Shown here piece by piece: positions 11,035 to 20,901 of a stretch of 64,000 nt of DNA. The notes under the pieces were generated by a model, which was not told where the DNA came from, ran no database searches, and worked only from the letters and a program-made list of their open reading frames with translations. The translations under genes and the position numbers were made by a program. This DNA comes from Actinomycetaceae bacterium (GTDB taxonomy: Bacteria; Actinomycetota; Actinomycetes; Actinomycetales; Actinomycetaceae), in contig JAUNLN010000003.1 of assembly GCA_030532245.1 (NCBI GenBank), forward strand, positions 10,552 through 74,551, read 5' to 3'. How positions within the stretch are numbered: the first letter of the stretch is position 1; every line of letters starts with the position of its first letter.

Positions 11035-11072
11035 AAAAAAATCTCGCGACATGTTGTTCATATCGCGAGATT
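11035..11072 (-). terminator. Terminator downstream of tRNA-Pro
   Basis: ATCTCGCGA...TCGCGAGAT inverted repeat followed by a T-run on the minus strand. Confidence 0.7.
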
Positions 11073-11078
11073 AAATCG

Positions 11079-11152
<74 letters not shown>

Positions 11153-11209
11153 TTGTTTTTGCAACGAGTTAGATTCTAACTGACTGCCTGCCCTGTTGGC
11201 TAATCAAGT

Positions 11210-11249
11210 AGTGAGTGGGTGATCACATTGCGTGATGCACCCACTCACT
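11210..11249 (-). terminator. Hairpin after TRAP permease gene
   Basis: AGTGAGTGGGTG-ATCAC...GTGAT-G-CACCCACTCACT long stem. Confidence 0.7.
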
Positions 11250-11265
11250 GCAGAGGTTTGAGGCT

Positions 11266-13245
11266 TTAGATTGCCTTCAAAGACAGGGAATCTTGAGCCT
11301 TGGCTCGACCTGCCATGATCGCGACTGCAACAGCAGCGACCGCGATTCCGACCAGGTCTGTGAGCGTGTTGGGGCTCATCATCGAAAGTGCGGCACCGAA
11401 GAACACGACGCGCAACCAGATTGGTACTTCAACCATCAGGTGTCCTTCAACCGCTACGGCAAGCAGGAGCACGCCAACGATCGCGGTGAGCATCACCGAT
11501 ACTGCGCCGCTGAACGTCGTGTCTTGCAGGAGCAGTGCGGGGTTTAGCACGAACATGAACGGAATGATGTAGCCGGCGAGAGCAAGCTTCATCGACTGGA
11601 AGCCGGTCTTCATCGGCTCGTCACCGGAGAGGCCCGCCGCTGCGAATGCTGCGAGTGCCACCGGAGGCGTGATGTTTGCGAACAGGCCGAAGTAGAACAC
11701 GAACATGTGAGCAACGAGCGGCTCAACACCGAGCTCGCCGAGGGCCGGAGCAGCCATCGTGGAGGTGATGATGTAGGTCGGGATCGAGGGAAGACCCATG
11801 CCAAGGATGATCGAGGCGATCATGGTCAAGACGAGGGAGAGGAGGATCGAGCCGCCACCGAATGCAACGATCATGTGTGCGAGCTTCACACCGAAACCGG
11901 TGAGGGTTACGACGCCAACGATTACGCCCACGGACGCACACGCAATCGCAACGGAGACGGCGGTCTTTGCGCCAACCTCGAGTGCGTCAATGATTTCCCT
12001 CGGGGTCATACGGGTTGCCGGACGAAGCTCAGCGACGATCACCGTGACGATGATCGTAAGGAGTGCCGAGTAGAGGATCGTGCGGCCCGAGAAGAACAGC
12101 ATGTAGACGAGGAAGATCAGCGGGATCGTTAGGTGACCGCGTTCCTTCATAACCTCTTTAACTGCCGGGAGGTTCTCTCGCGAGATTCCCTTTAGGCCCT
12201 GGCGGGTTGCGCGCAGGTGCACTTGGGCGATGATGCCGAGGTAGTAAAGGAGTGCCGGAACAATAGCTGCGATAGCGATCTGGGTGTAGGGAAGGCCGAG
12301 CGTCTCAGCCATGATGAATGCCGAAGCACCCATGATTGGAGGAAGAATCTGGCCGCCAACCGAAGCGGTTGCTTCAACCGCGCCCGCGAAGCGAGGGGAG
12401 TAGCCGACCTTCTTCATGAGTGGAATCGTGAATGCGCCGGTAGTTACAACATTTGCAACAGCGGCACCGTTGATCGAACCGAGGAAGCCCGATGCGATAA
12501 CAGCTACCTTTGCTGGGCCACCGCGAGACTGGCCGGCGAGGGCGAGCGCGAAGTCGTTGAAGAACTGGCCCATGCCGGACTTTTGCAGAACGGCTCCGAA
12601 GAGCACGAACAGGAAGATGTACGAGGCTGAAACCGCAATTGCGGTGCCGTACACGCCCTCAGTGGTGAGGTAGAGGAAGTTGATCGTGTGCTCGAGGCTG
12701 TAGCCGCGGTGGCGAAGAATGCCCGGCAGGTTACGGCCAAACAGCGCGTAGGCGAGGAAGATTACCGCAAGTAGCGGTAGTGCCCAGCCCGTGAGCCTGC
12801 GCGCCGCCTCAATGACGAGTACGACGAGGATGCCGCCGAACACTATGTCCATGGTCGTCGGGTTGCCCGCCCGGTTAACAATGTCGATGTAGTTGTTGAC
12901 GACGTAGACGGCCGTACTGATCGAAAGGACGATCAGGATGATGTCGTAAAAGGGGATCTTGCTTCGATTCGCGCCTTTGAAAGGAGGGTAGAGAGCAAAA
13001 GCGAGCACGAGCATTGCGGCAACGTGGATTGCGCGGTGCTGCAAGATCGGCGGAGTTCCAAAGTAAGACGTCCACATGTGGTACAGCGACAGCACGATAG
13101 CGACAACGCTGATTGTGACGGCCGCGGGCCTCCATGAGATTGATCGCGTACGAGCTTCGCGGTCAAACTTCTCTAGGATCTCCTGGGTCTTCTCTTCGGC
13201 GGCCTCGCCCGTGGCGGGAGCCGTTAGATTCTTGGGGTCGCTCAT
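11266..13245 (-). CDS. TAXI-type TRAP transporter fused permease (4TM/12TM, DctQM)
   Basis: GGPAKVAV, NVVTTGAFTIPLMK, GGQILPPIMG, ITPPVALAA motifs. Confidence 0.93.
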   Translation of the reverse strand: MSDPKNLTAPATGEAAEEKTQEILEKFDREARTRSISWRPAAVTISVVAIVLSLYHMWTSYFGTPPILQHRAIHVAAMLVLAFALYPPFKGANRSKIPFYDIILIVLSISTAVYVVNNYIDIVNRAGNPTTMDIVFGGILVVLVIEAARRLTGWALPLLAVIFLAYALFGRNLPGILRHRGYSLEHTINFLYLTTEGVYGTAIAVSASYIFLFVLFGAVLQKSGMGQFFNDFALALAGQSRGGPAKVAVIASGFLGSINGAAVANVVTTGAFTIPLMKKVGYSPRFAGAVEATASVGGQILPPIMGASAFIMAETLGLPYTQIAIAAIVPALLYYLGIIAQVHLRATRQGLKGISRENLPAVKEVMKERGHLTIPLIFLVYMLFFSGRTILYSALLTIIVTVIVAELRPATRMTPREIIDALEVGAKTAVSVAIACASVGVIVGVVTLTGFGVKLAHMIVAFGGGSILLSLVLTMIASIILGMGLPSIPTYIITSTMAAPALGELGVEPLVAHMFVFYFGLFANITPPVALAAFAAAGLSGDEPMKTGFQSMKLALAGYIIPFMFVLNPALLLQDTTFSGAVSVMLTAIVGVLLLAVAVEGHLMVEVPIWLRVVFFGAALSMMSPNTLTDLVGIAVAAVAVAIMAGRAKAQDSLSLKAI

Positions 13246-13247
13246 TG

Positions 13248-13691
13248 CTACTCCTTAATCTTCAAAGTGACGAATGCTTGGTGCGAAATGTCTGGGGTGT
13301 CGATCAGGTGGTCTCCGACCAGTAGACGATGCTTCGTACGATGCGAGTGCACGTACCTTAGGTCTTCTACTTCTTGGTGGATGCCACGGGTGTAGATAAC
13401 GCCGTTTTCAACCGTCGTAACCCCAGGCGGGTTGGCTTCGACGCCGGCACCGTAAGACTTGATTGCAAGTTCTTCTAGGAAAAGTTCGCCACCTTCAACC
13501 ACGTAAGTTTCTTCCCAGGGCTCCAACTCGATTGAGTGGATCCAGCGAAGTTTGATGGTGAGGCCGTCGGTGGCTTCGGTCTGATAGTAGATCTCGCCAG
13601 TGTCTTGATCTTCCACATAGATTGTGGGGCGTGATTGGGTTAGGACGCCGATTGTGGCTGTAACACCAACGAGCGCTACAGCCACAATCAA
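13248..13691 (-). CDS. DUF1850 family protein
   Basis: WIHSIELEPWEETY and SYGAG motifs; sits between TAXI SBP and permease; start may extend to about 13710. Confidence 0.75.
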   Translation of the reverse strand: MIVAVALVGVTATIGVLTQSRPTIYVEDQDTGEIYYQTEATDGLTIKLRWIHSIELEPWEETYVVEGGELFLEELAIKSYGAGVEANPPGVTTVENGVIYTRGIHQEVEDLRYVHSHRTKHRLLVGDHLIDTPDISHQAFVTLKIKE

Positions 13692-13711
13692 TATCCAAAC
13701 TCGCTTTGAGA

Positions 13712-14697
13712 TTAGAGTGCTCCTACTTCCTCGTAGTAGCGCTTTGCGCCCGGGTGGAGTTCAACGGCTAGGCCGTCTTCCACGGAGTCGAGGGTGATGT
13801 TCTTAGCAGCGTTGTGAGCGGCCTGGATCTTGTCGATGCCCTCAAACATTGCCTTGGTGATCGCGTAGACCTGGTCGTCGCTCAGCGACGGGGAGACGAG
13901 TAGCTGGTTCATGATCGAAGCCGTGGTTACATCTTCTTCTTCGTCGTAGGTGCCGCCCGGAATGGCTGCTTCGTTGAAGAAGGGGTACAGCTCGATTAGC
14001 TTGGCAAGACCCTCACCCTCGATCGGGATGATCTTCACGTCGTGGGAGGTAACGAGGTCAAGCACGGAGGCGTTCGGCAGACCGGAGGTTACGAACGCGG
14101 CGTCAACCTGGCCGTTCTTCATCTGGTCGATCGCATCCGAGTAGGAGAGGTAGTCCTGCGTGATGTCGTCGTAGGTCATGCCGTGAGCTTCGAAGATCAT
14201 GCGCGCGTTCAGCTCAACACCGGAGTTCTGGTCGCCCACGCCAATGCGCTTGCCCTTCATATCCTCAACGGAGTTGATGCCAGAATCCGCGGTGGTAACG
14301 ATCTGAACGTAGTTCGGGTAGAGGGCGGTTAGCGCCTTCAGATCCTTCAGGCTGTCTTTGCCTTCGAACGGGCCGGTGCCCTCTACGGCCTGACGAGTTG
14401 CGTCGCCCATTGCGAATGCGAGCTCTGCACGGCCGGAGGTGATTAGTTCAATGTTCTCCACGGAGGCGCCGGTGGCCTGCGGGGAAGACTCAGCGCCGAG
14501 TGCGTCGGCGAATACCTGAGCCATGGAGGCGGAGATCTGGTAGTACGGGCCGGAGGTGCCGCCCGCCGCGATGGTTACGAAGTCAACGGTCGCGTCGCCG
14601 CCGCCGGAGTCGCCGCCAGCTTCAGGAGCGCCGCCAGAACAAGCGGCTAGCGATAGTGCTGCCACACCTGCCATTGCTGCGAGAAGTTTTTGCGCAT
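13712..14697 (-). CDS. TAXI family TRAP solute-binding lipoprotein (apparent frameshift in signal peptide)
   Basis: GGTSGPYY, TGASVENI, LYPNYVQIV, LHPGAKRYY; lipobox LAAC. The RBS-preceded ATG at 14697 is out of frame by one base; the next in-frame ATG is at 14674. Confidence 0.85.
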
Positions 14698-14781
14698 CTG
14701 GATTTCCTTTTCGATTGGTAAGTGAAGATCGAAGTTCTGCTGCCCCGCACTCCTGCGTGCACTGGCGAACAGGTTGCAGGA

Positions 14782-14810
14782 AAAATAACAGCATTGAGAA
14801 TCTCGAGCAA
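14782..14810 (-). promoter_or_regulatory. Putative sigma-A promoter of TAXI operon
   Basis: TTGCTC-17 nt-TATTTT with TGn extension on minus strand. Confidence 0.4.
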
Positions 14811-15080
14811 GAGATAGTTCCGTTTTTGAACGCCAAAACCCGCAAAGATGCAGGTTCGTGACACAGTTCACTCACATCTAAACAGACAATTGAGTAACGC
14901 TTTACTATCAAATGGTTTTATCTCAAAACTCTTTGGCAAGCATTTTACAGTCTGATACGTCATGTACCAACTGGCGCGCAATCTTGCCGATAGATTCTCG
15001 CCTTTTACTGCGCCAAAAACTCCGACTCGCGCTCGCCGTACAGCTAACTCATCGATGGTCGCCTTCGATACACTGAAGCA

Positions 15081-17648
15081 ATGGAGACCCTAACTCGTGA
15101 TGATGCGCTTGCTCGCAGCTTGAATGTAAATGCCACCGAAATTGACGTGTATATCGACGTTTCGAACGCAAAAACCGATGCGAAGACCTTCTATTCAAAA
15201 TCGACGCTACGTTTTAGAAGCCAGGCAAAATCAACGTTTGTAGACCTCATTGCCGCTTCCGTAGACGCGGTTCGCGTAAACGGTGAGGCGGCTAAGTTCG
15301 AGGTCTCTGACACTCGCGTTATCCTGAACGATCTTCCTGTAGATAAGGATCTTGAAGTCGAGATTGAGTCGCAGTGCTACTACTCGAGCACGGGGGAGGG
15401 GCTTCACCGCTACCGCGATCCCGAAGACGGTGAAACGTACCTATACACCCAGTTCGAACCGACGGATGCGCGCCGCGCGTGGGCGTGTTTCGACCAGCCA
15501 GACATCAAGCCAAACTGGCGTTTCACCGTGAAGGCGCCGCAGGGTTGGACGGTGCTTTCCAACCAGGTGGAGGAGTCCAGGGCAGCCGAGGGAGATGCGG
15601 TTACACGCACTTTTAGGCGCACGCCCGCCCTTTCCTCCTTTATCACGGCCGTTGTTGCAGGCCCTTACGCTCACGTTGATGGGGGAGTTTGGAGTGGCGG
15701 CGCTTCCGACGGCCTCCACGCTGACATTCCGCTTGGCGTGTACTGCCGTGAATCGCTCGCGAAGTACCTGGATGCCGACGATATTTTGAAGGTGACGAGG
15801 CAGGGTCTCGACTTCTACCACGAGCACTACGGGTTCACGTACCCGTGGGGTAAGTACGACCAGGTGTTCGTACCCGAATACAACCTCGGCGCAATGGAAA
15901 ACCCCGGTTGCGTGACGTTCAACGAGAAGATGATCTCGCGCGACACGCCAACGAAGGCCGCGCGCCAGTCGCGAGCCAACGTGATCTTCCACGAAATGTG
16001 CCACATGTGGTTCGGCGACCTTGTTACACCGAAGTGGTGGGACGACCTTTGGCTGAAGGAATCGTTTGCCGACAACCAGGGTTCGATGGGTCTAACTGAG
16101 AAGACCGAGTTTGCTTCGGAGTGGGCAACGTTTGCTGCGGGCCGCAAAGAGTGGGCGTACAAGCAGGATCAGCTGCCGACCACGCACCCGATTGCCGCAG
16201 ATATTCCCGACGTGGAGGCGGCGAAGAACAACTTCGACGGCATCACCTACGCGAAGGGCGCCGCGGTTTTGAAGCAGCTCGTCGCGTACGTCGGCAAAGA
16301 CGCGTTCTTTGCCGGAGCGCGCGCCTATTTCCAAAAGCACGCGTTCAAAGCCTCCTCGATGAATGACTTTTTGGAGGCGCTTGAGGCGGCATCTCCGCGC
16401 GACAACCTGCAAGAGTGGGTGAAGGCGTGGCTTCAAACAGCGGGGCCCTCCAAGCTTTCGGTAACGCGCCTGGAGGATAGCTACGAGGTTCGCCAAACCT
16501 CCGTTGATCTTGCCACGGGCCAGGAGATCGTTCGCCCGCATCGAATCAACGTTGGCATGTACAAGCTAGAAGATGAAAAGCTCGTTCGAACCGGGCTCCA
16601 CGAGATCACTCTCGAAGGGCAAAGGCTCGAGGTTCACGCCCCCTCGGGAGCGGATCTGATTTTGCCGAACGACGACGACCTCACCTATGCCGTCGTTGAG
16701 CTGGGCGAGCGCGAACTAAAGGTAGCGCTGAAATACGTCTCTACGATGGAGCACGCAACCTCCCGCGCCGTCGTGTGGTCCGCTCTTTGGGCGGCCGTTC
16801 GCGGCGAACAGCTCGATCCGGCCGAGTACGTGCGGGCCGTGTCTAAGCACGTGGTCGTGGAGGAAGACGACGCGGTTGCGTCCGACCTGCTTGCAAACGC
16901 CCTGTTTGCACTCACTCACTACATGCCTCGCGCTAGGCGCATCGAGGAGGCGGCGAGGTTCGCTAACAGCGCTATCGACGCGATCACGAAGAGCGAATCT
17001 GCCGACCGCAAGCGCGAGTGGGCGATCAGCTCGGCGCGCGCGCTCGTGCTCGCCGGCGAACCCGGTGACGATCAGCTCCAGTTCCTGTTCGATCTGGCAA
17101 CGCAAAACTCGCCTCTCCTAACCGTCGGCCCAACCCTGGCGTGGAGGGCTCGAATCACTCTTGCGGCGCTTGGCCAGATGAGTGAGGAGGAGATCGCAGC
17201 CCACGTGAAGGCCGACCCCTCCGGTGAGGCGGAAGTGTTCGCCATGCAGGCAAACGCGGCGCGACCTGGCCGAATCGGCCGCCAAAAGGCGTGGACGCGC
17301 GTACTGGAAGAAGACATGGCGAATGAGAAGATGAGTGCAATCCTCGCGGGCCTGCAGGCGGGCTCCCTTGGCCACGGCGCCATCGGGTTTGCCGGTGACT
17401 TCTTCGATCTGGCCCTCCCGTACTGGGAGAACCACACGATCGGCATGGGCAAGCGCTTCATCCTGGGTGCATACCCGTCGGTGATCGACGCCTCCGCAAA
17501 GGAAGATGCCGAAGCCTTGCGCTACATGGCCGCGCACTGGCTGAGCACATACGAGGAAGCTCCTCGCGCCCTAACGCGCCTCATGCAAGAGGCGCAGGAC
17601 GAGTTGGAGCGGAGCTTTAGGATTCAAAGCAAGTGGCTGACGAAGTAA
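15081..17648 (+). CDS. pepN: Aminopeptidase N (M1 family)
   Basis: GAMEN, HEMCH-x18-E zinc motif, YAKGA. Confidence 0.96.
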   Translation: METLTRDDALARSLNVNATEIDVYIDVSNAKTDAKTFYSKSTLRFRSQAKSTFVDLIAASVDAVRVNGEAAKFEVSDTRVILNDLPVDKDLEVEIESQCYYSSTGEGLHRYRDPEDGETYLYTQFEPTDARRAWACFDQPDIKPNWRFTVKAPQGWTVLSNQVEESRAAEGDAVTRTFRRTPALSSFITAVVAGPYAHVDGGVWSGGASDGLHADIPLGVYCRESLAKYLDADDILKVTRQGLDFYHEHYGFTYPWGKYDQVFVPEYNLGAMENPGCVTFNEKMISRDTPTKAARQSRANVIFHEMCHMWFGDLVTPKWWDDLWLKESFADNQGSMGLTEKTEFASEWATFAAGRKEWAYKQDQLPTTHPIAADIPDVEAAKNNFDGITYAKGAAVLKQLVAYVGKDAFFAGARAYFQKHAFKASSMNDFLEALEAASPRDNLQEWVKAWLQTAGPSKLSVTRLEDSYEVRQTSVDLATGQEIVRPHRINVGMYKLEDEKLVRTGLHEITLEGQRLEVHAPSGADLILPNDDDLTYAVVELGERELKVALKYVSTMEHATSRAVVWSALWAAVRGEQLDPAEYVRAVSKHVVVEEDDAVASDLLANALFALTHYMPRARRIEEAARFANSAIDAITKSESADRKREWAISSARALVLAGEPGDDQLQFLFDLATQNSPLLTVGPTLAWRARITLAALGQMSEEEIAAHVKADPSGEAEVFAMQANAARPGRIGRQKAWTRVLEEDMANEKMSAILAGLQAGSLGHGAIGFAGDFFDLALPYWENHTIGMGKRFILGAYPSVIDASAKEDAEALRYMAAHWLSTYEEAPRALTRLMQEAQDELERSFRIQSKWLTK

Positions 17649-18439
17649 AAGAGGAAAAGGCGACTGATCCAGCGGCTTCAATGTCGCTGCTCCAGGCGCT
17701 CCTCTACGATCCGCTAAACTACGGTTTCTCGTCGGTTTCAGACCGGCGCGAAACGCGCATGGGGCCCCTCGGTACCCTAATCGTGCTCGTGCTCGCAGCA
17801 ACGCTTTCCTTCGGTGCGACCGCTGCTGCTAAGACGCTGATTTCGCAAAAGTCAGCGCACGAGCAGGCCGTGTCGAACCTGCGTGAGCAGGTTGCGCGCC
17901 AACAGCAGGTAGTAAAAAGCATCGAGGTTGAAAACTCCGAGATCACCGCCGAGATCGCGCTACTTTCGTCAGATCAGCGCGGCAGCGTGGTCTCGAAGGA
18001 ACCGGCTTTGCAAATCGCCCAGCAAAACGCGATCCACGGCCCGGGCATTAGGGTGATGGTCACCGAAAGAGAGGGAGCTGACGCCCTCGAGAGGGTTCTC
18101 GACACGGACCTTCGGTTCATCATCAACGCCCTGTGGGCGGGAGGCGCGGAAGGCGTGGAGCTAAACGGCATCCGCGTTGGCCCAACAACCGCCGTGCGCA
18201 CAGCGGGTAGCACCATTCTCGTAAACTTCGAGCCCGTGGTTGCGCCCTACGAGATCCGTGCGATTGGTAACTTGGACGACATGGAACGGCAACTGAAAAC
18301 CGGAGTTGTCGGCGCCTACCTATCTACACTTAATTCCAAATACGGTATCGGCACCGCGATCGGAGCCGAAGCCGACATAGTTCTTCGCCCTGCGAACAAT
18401 CGAAACACGACACTAACAAACCTCGTGCAGGAGCAGTAA
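17633..18439 (+). CDS. DUF881 domain membrane protein
   Basis: TM plus coiled coil, GPGIRV, NALWAGGAEGVELNGIR. Confidence 0.85.
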   Translation: MADEVKEEKATDPAASMSLLQALLYDPLNYGFSSVSDRRETRMGPLGTLIVLVLAATLSFGATAAAKTLISQKSAHEQAVSNLREQVARQQQVVKSIEVENSEITAEIALLSSDQRGSVVSKEPALQIAQQNAIHGPGIRVMVTEREGADALERVLDTDLRFIINALWAGGAEGVELNGIRVGPTTAVRTAGSTILVNFEPVVAPYEIRAIGNLDDMERQLKTGVVGAYLSTLNSKYGIGTAIGAEADIVLRPANNRNTTLTNLVQEQ

Positions 18440-18771
18440 TGATTGCGATTCTAGGTCTACTCATTGGCATCGTCCTTGGCATCATGCTCGACCCGACGAT
18501 CCCGTACGGTCTGCAACCCTACCTGCCGATCGCCGTGGTTGCCGCAATCGACGCCCTGCTCGGCGGCACGCGCGCGTGGCTGGAGGGGAAGTTCTCAGAC
18601 CGCGTGTTCATCATTTCGTTCTTCTGGAACGTGATCATCGCCGCGCTCCTCGTGCTAGTTGGCGCCCAACTTGGTGTTGGCGCCGCAATGACAACCGCAA
18701 TCGTCGTTGTTCTTGGAATCCGAATCTTCTCAAACGCTGCCGCGATTCGCCGCAACATTTTTGGAGCCTAA
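18439..18771 (+). CDS. Small basic protein (Sbp/DUF1290)
   Basis: YLPIAVVAAIDALLGG, GIRIFSNAAAIRR. Confidence 0.9.
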   Translation: MIAILGLLIGIVLGIMLDPTIPYGLQPYLPIAVVAAIDALLGGTRAWLEGKFSDRVFIISFFWNVIIAALLVLVGAQLGVGAAMTTAIVVVLGIRIFSNAAAIRRNIFGA

Positions 18772-18772
18772 C

Positions 18773-19498
18773 GTGAGAGTAAGAAACCTTTCAAAAAGAA
18801 GGCTTCGCGATCTTCTAACGGTTCGTTTCCGCCCGATCCACATTCTGATTGGGCTACTAACTCTGCTCGTTGGATTCGCGTTCGTTGCGCAGGTGAAGCA
18901 GCAGCGCTCCGACCCACTCGACGGCGTGCACGAAGACGAACTCGTTTTGCTTCTCGACCAGCTGACGGAGGCGGAAGACCGACTCCGTGAGGAGAGGGGA
19001 GAGCTTTCCGATCAGCTGAGCAAACTCCAGTCGGCGCACTCCCAGGATGAGGCGGCAAGGCAGTCTGCAGAGCGGGAGCGTGCACTCGCCCAAATCCTTG
19101 GAGGCACCATGCCCGTGGAGGGGCCGGGCCTCACCCTCAAGATCATTGAAGGCGACACCCCGATCTCCGCCCAGAAGTTCATCACAATCCTCGGTGAGCT
19201 ACGCAATGCTGGAGCCGAAGCCGTTGACCTAAACGGTATTCGAATAGTCGCTTCCTCATATATAACAAGCGATGAAGCCGGCAATCTTAGCGTTTCGGGA
19301 ATCCCGATTCGCTCACCGTATGTTTGGACGATAATTGGCGACGCCGACACGATTCAACCCGCATTGGAAATTGCTAGGGGAGCCACGTCACAACTGCGCG
19401 CCGTCGATGCAACAATAGAGCTGACGAGGGAAGAAAACCTCAAGATCGACTCCGTTGAGACGCCAAAACCGTACAGGTATGCAAAGCCGGTAGAATAG
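18773..19498 (+). CDS. DUF881 domain membrane protein
   Basis: GPGLTL, ELRNAGAEAVDLNGIRIV; start set at GTG 18773 after GGAG. Confidence 0.85.
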   Translation: MRVRNLSKRRLRDLLTVRFRPIHILIGLLTLLVGFAFVAQVKQQRSDPLDGVHEDELVLLLDQLTEAEDRLREERGELSDQLSKLQSAHSQDEAARQSAERERALAQILGGTMPVEGPGLTLKIIEGDTPISAQKFITILGELRNAGAEAVDLNGIRIVASSYITSDEAGNLSVSGIPIRSPYVWTIIGDADTIQPALEIARGATSQLRAVDATIELTREENLKIDSVETPKPYRYAKPVE

Positions 19499-19526
19499 AC
19501 ATCCGCTTTGGTAGATAAGTTCGTAA

Positions 19527-19548
19527 TCTCGACCTAAACTTGAAGCTT
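19527..19548. promoter_or_regulatory. Candidate MerR/FtsR-type operator 1
   Basis: TCTCGACCTAAACTTGAAGCTT, 16/22 identical to the site at 20792. Confidence 0.45.
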
Positions 19549-19586
19549 AGACCAAATTATTGACCGACACGATTAAGGAGAAGGCG

Positions 19587-20027
19587 ATGAGCGACAATAT
19601 TGCGCCGGATCCCAATGAAACCGCCATTTTTGGCGCATTGGAAACGCCTAAGGTATCGAATGAAGCGTTTTTGAACCGTCCGCTCTCGCCGCAAGATCAG
19701 GCGGCGGTAGACGCACTGCCGTACGGTTCCGCACTCCTCATCGTTCAACGCGGCCCGAACTCGGGTGCACGTTTTCTCCTTGACAAAGACGTGACCACGG
19801 CGGGTCGCAGCCCGAAGGCAGATATTTTCCTCGACGACGTCACCGTTTCTCGTCGCCACTGCGAGTTCCGCAGCACCGACGGAGGTTTCATCGTTCGCGA
19901 CTCCGGCTCGCTAAACGGCACGTACGTGAACCGCGAACGCACCGAAAGCGCTGTATTGCAGCCCGGTGACGAAGTGCAGATCGGCAAGTACCGCCTCACC
20001 TACCATCCTTCCGTGAAGCGTTCATGA
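19587..20027 (+). CDS. odhI: FHA domain protein, GarA/OdhI family
   Basis: GPNSGARFLLD, GRSPKADIFLDDVTVSRRH, GSLNGTYVN, GDEVQIGKYRL; RBS AAGGAG before 19587. Confidence 0.85.
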   Translation: MSDNIAPDPNETAIFGALETPKVSNEAFLNRPLSPQDQAAVDALPYGSALLIVQRGPNSGARFLLDKDVTTAGRSPKADIFLDDVTVSRRHCEFRSTDGGFIVRDSGSLNGTYVNRERTESAVLQPGDEVQIGKYRLTYHPSVKRS

Positions 20028-20770
20028 GTACTGCAAAGAAACTTCGCGAGGAACAAAGCGAACCTCTTTCTTGGCCGCGGGATGTATCCCACGAGCCGCG
20101 CTTGTCGATCGGACAGGTAACGGAGCAGGTTAAGGCCGAGTTCCCCGCACTTACCCTTTCGAAGATCCGCTACCTCGAGTCTGAGGGGCTTATCACGCCC
20201 CAACGCACCGACTCGGGGTATCGAAAGTACTCGGCAGCCGACGTGGAGCGCCTGCGGTTCGTGCTTAGCGAACAGCGCGACTCCTACCGTCCGCTTCGAG
20301 TAATCCGAGAGCAGCTCGCTGCGCTCGACGCGGGTCACGAAGTAGATCGAATCCCCACAGCCCGCGTGGTTTCAGACCACGGTGTATCTAAGCTACCCGC
20401 AACCGAACACGTATCTGTGCGCCAGCTGTGCGATCTTACGGGCGCGTCGAAGGCCGAAATTGAGGAGTTCACCTCGCTCGGCCTGCTGTCGCCCGACCTT
20501 TCGGGATACTTCCGTGCTAAGTCGATTAACGTTGTGAAACTGATTCTCACACTTCGCTCCGAAGGTATTAATCCACGCAATTTGAGGAGCATTCGTCAGG
20601 CGGCCGACCGCCACGCCGACATCATCGACAACACGGTAGAACCTATTCGTTCGCGTGCCCGCTCTGCAGACATTGAGCGTGCCCGCGCTAAAAGCGCCGA
20701 ATTGGCCGAGCTTGCCGCAGATCTGCACAGGGAGTTCTTGCGGATCTCGATAGATAAGCTCTCCGATTAG
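20024..20770 (+). CDS. ftsR: MerR family regulator, FtsR/Rv1828-like
   Basis: SKIRYLESEGLITPQRTDSGYRKY, YRPLRVIRE; conserved position after odhI. Confidence 0.75.
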   Translation: MSTAKKLREEQSEPLSWPRDVSHEPRLSIGQVTEQVKAEFPALTLSKIRYLESEGLITPQRTDSGYRKYSAADVERLRFVLSEQRDSYRPLRVIREQLAALDAGHEVDRIPTARVVSDHGVSKLPATEHVSVRQLCDLTGASKAEIEEFTSLGLLSPDLSGYFRAKSINVVKLILTLRSEGINPRNLRSIRQAADRHADIIDNTVEPIRSRARSADIERARAKSAELAELAADLHREFLRISIDKLSD

Positions 20771-20791
20771 CGCCACTCGATAACAAAATAG

Positions 20792-20813
20792 TCTCAAGTT
20801 CAACTTAAAGGTT
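20792..20813. promoter_or_regulatory. Candidate MerR/FtsR-type operator 2
   Basis: TCTCAAGTTCAACTTAAAGGTT upstream of the second MerR gene. Confidence 0.45.
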
Positions 20814-20901
20814 AGGCACGCCGGAGTGTTCATTGACCGGGCGCCAGATCCCATCTAGCGTTGTCTTCAGTTGAACAAAATACGTCCCGAGGAGATTTTC
20901 G

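Noticed and set aside
14698-14911. Long N-terminal extension of the TAXI ORF in the ORF track
   Set aside because: Runs through the promoter region; the RBS points to the ATG at 14697.
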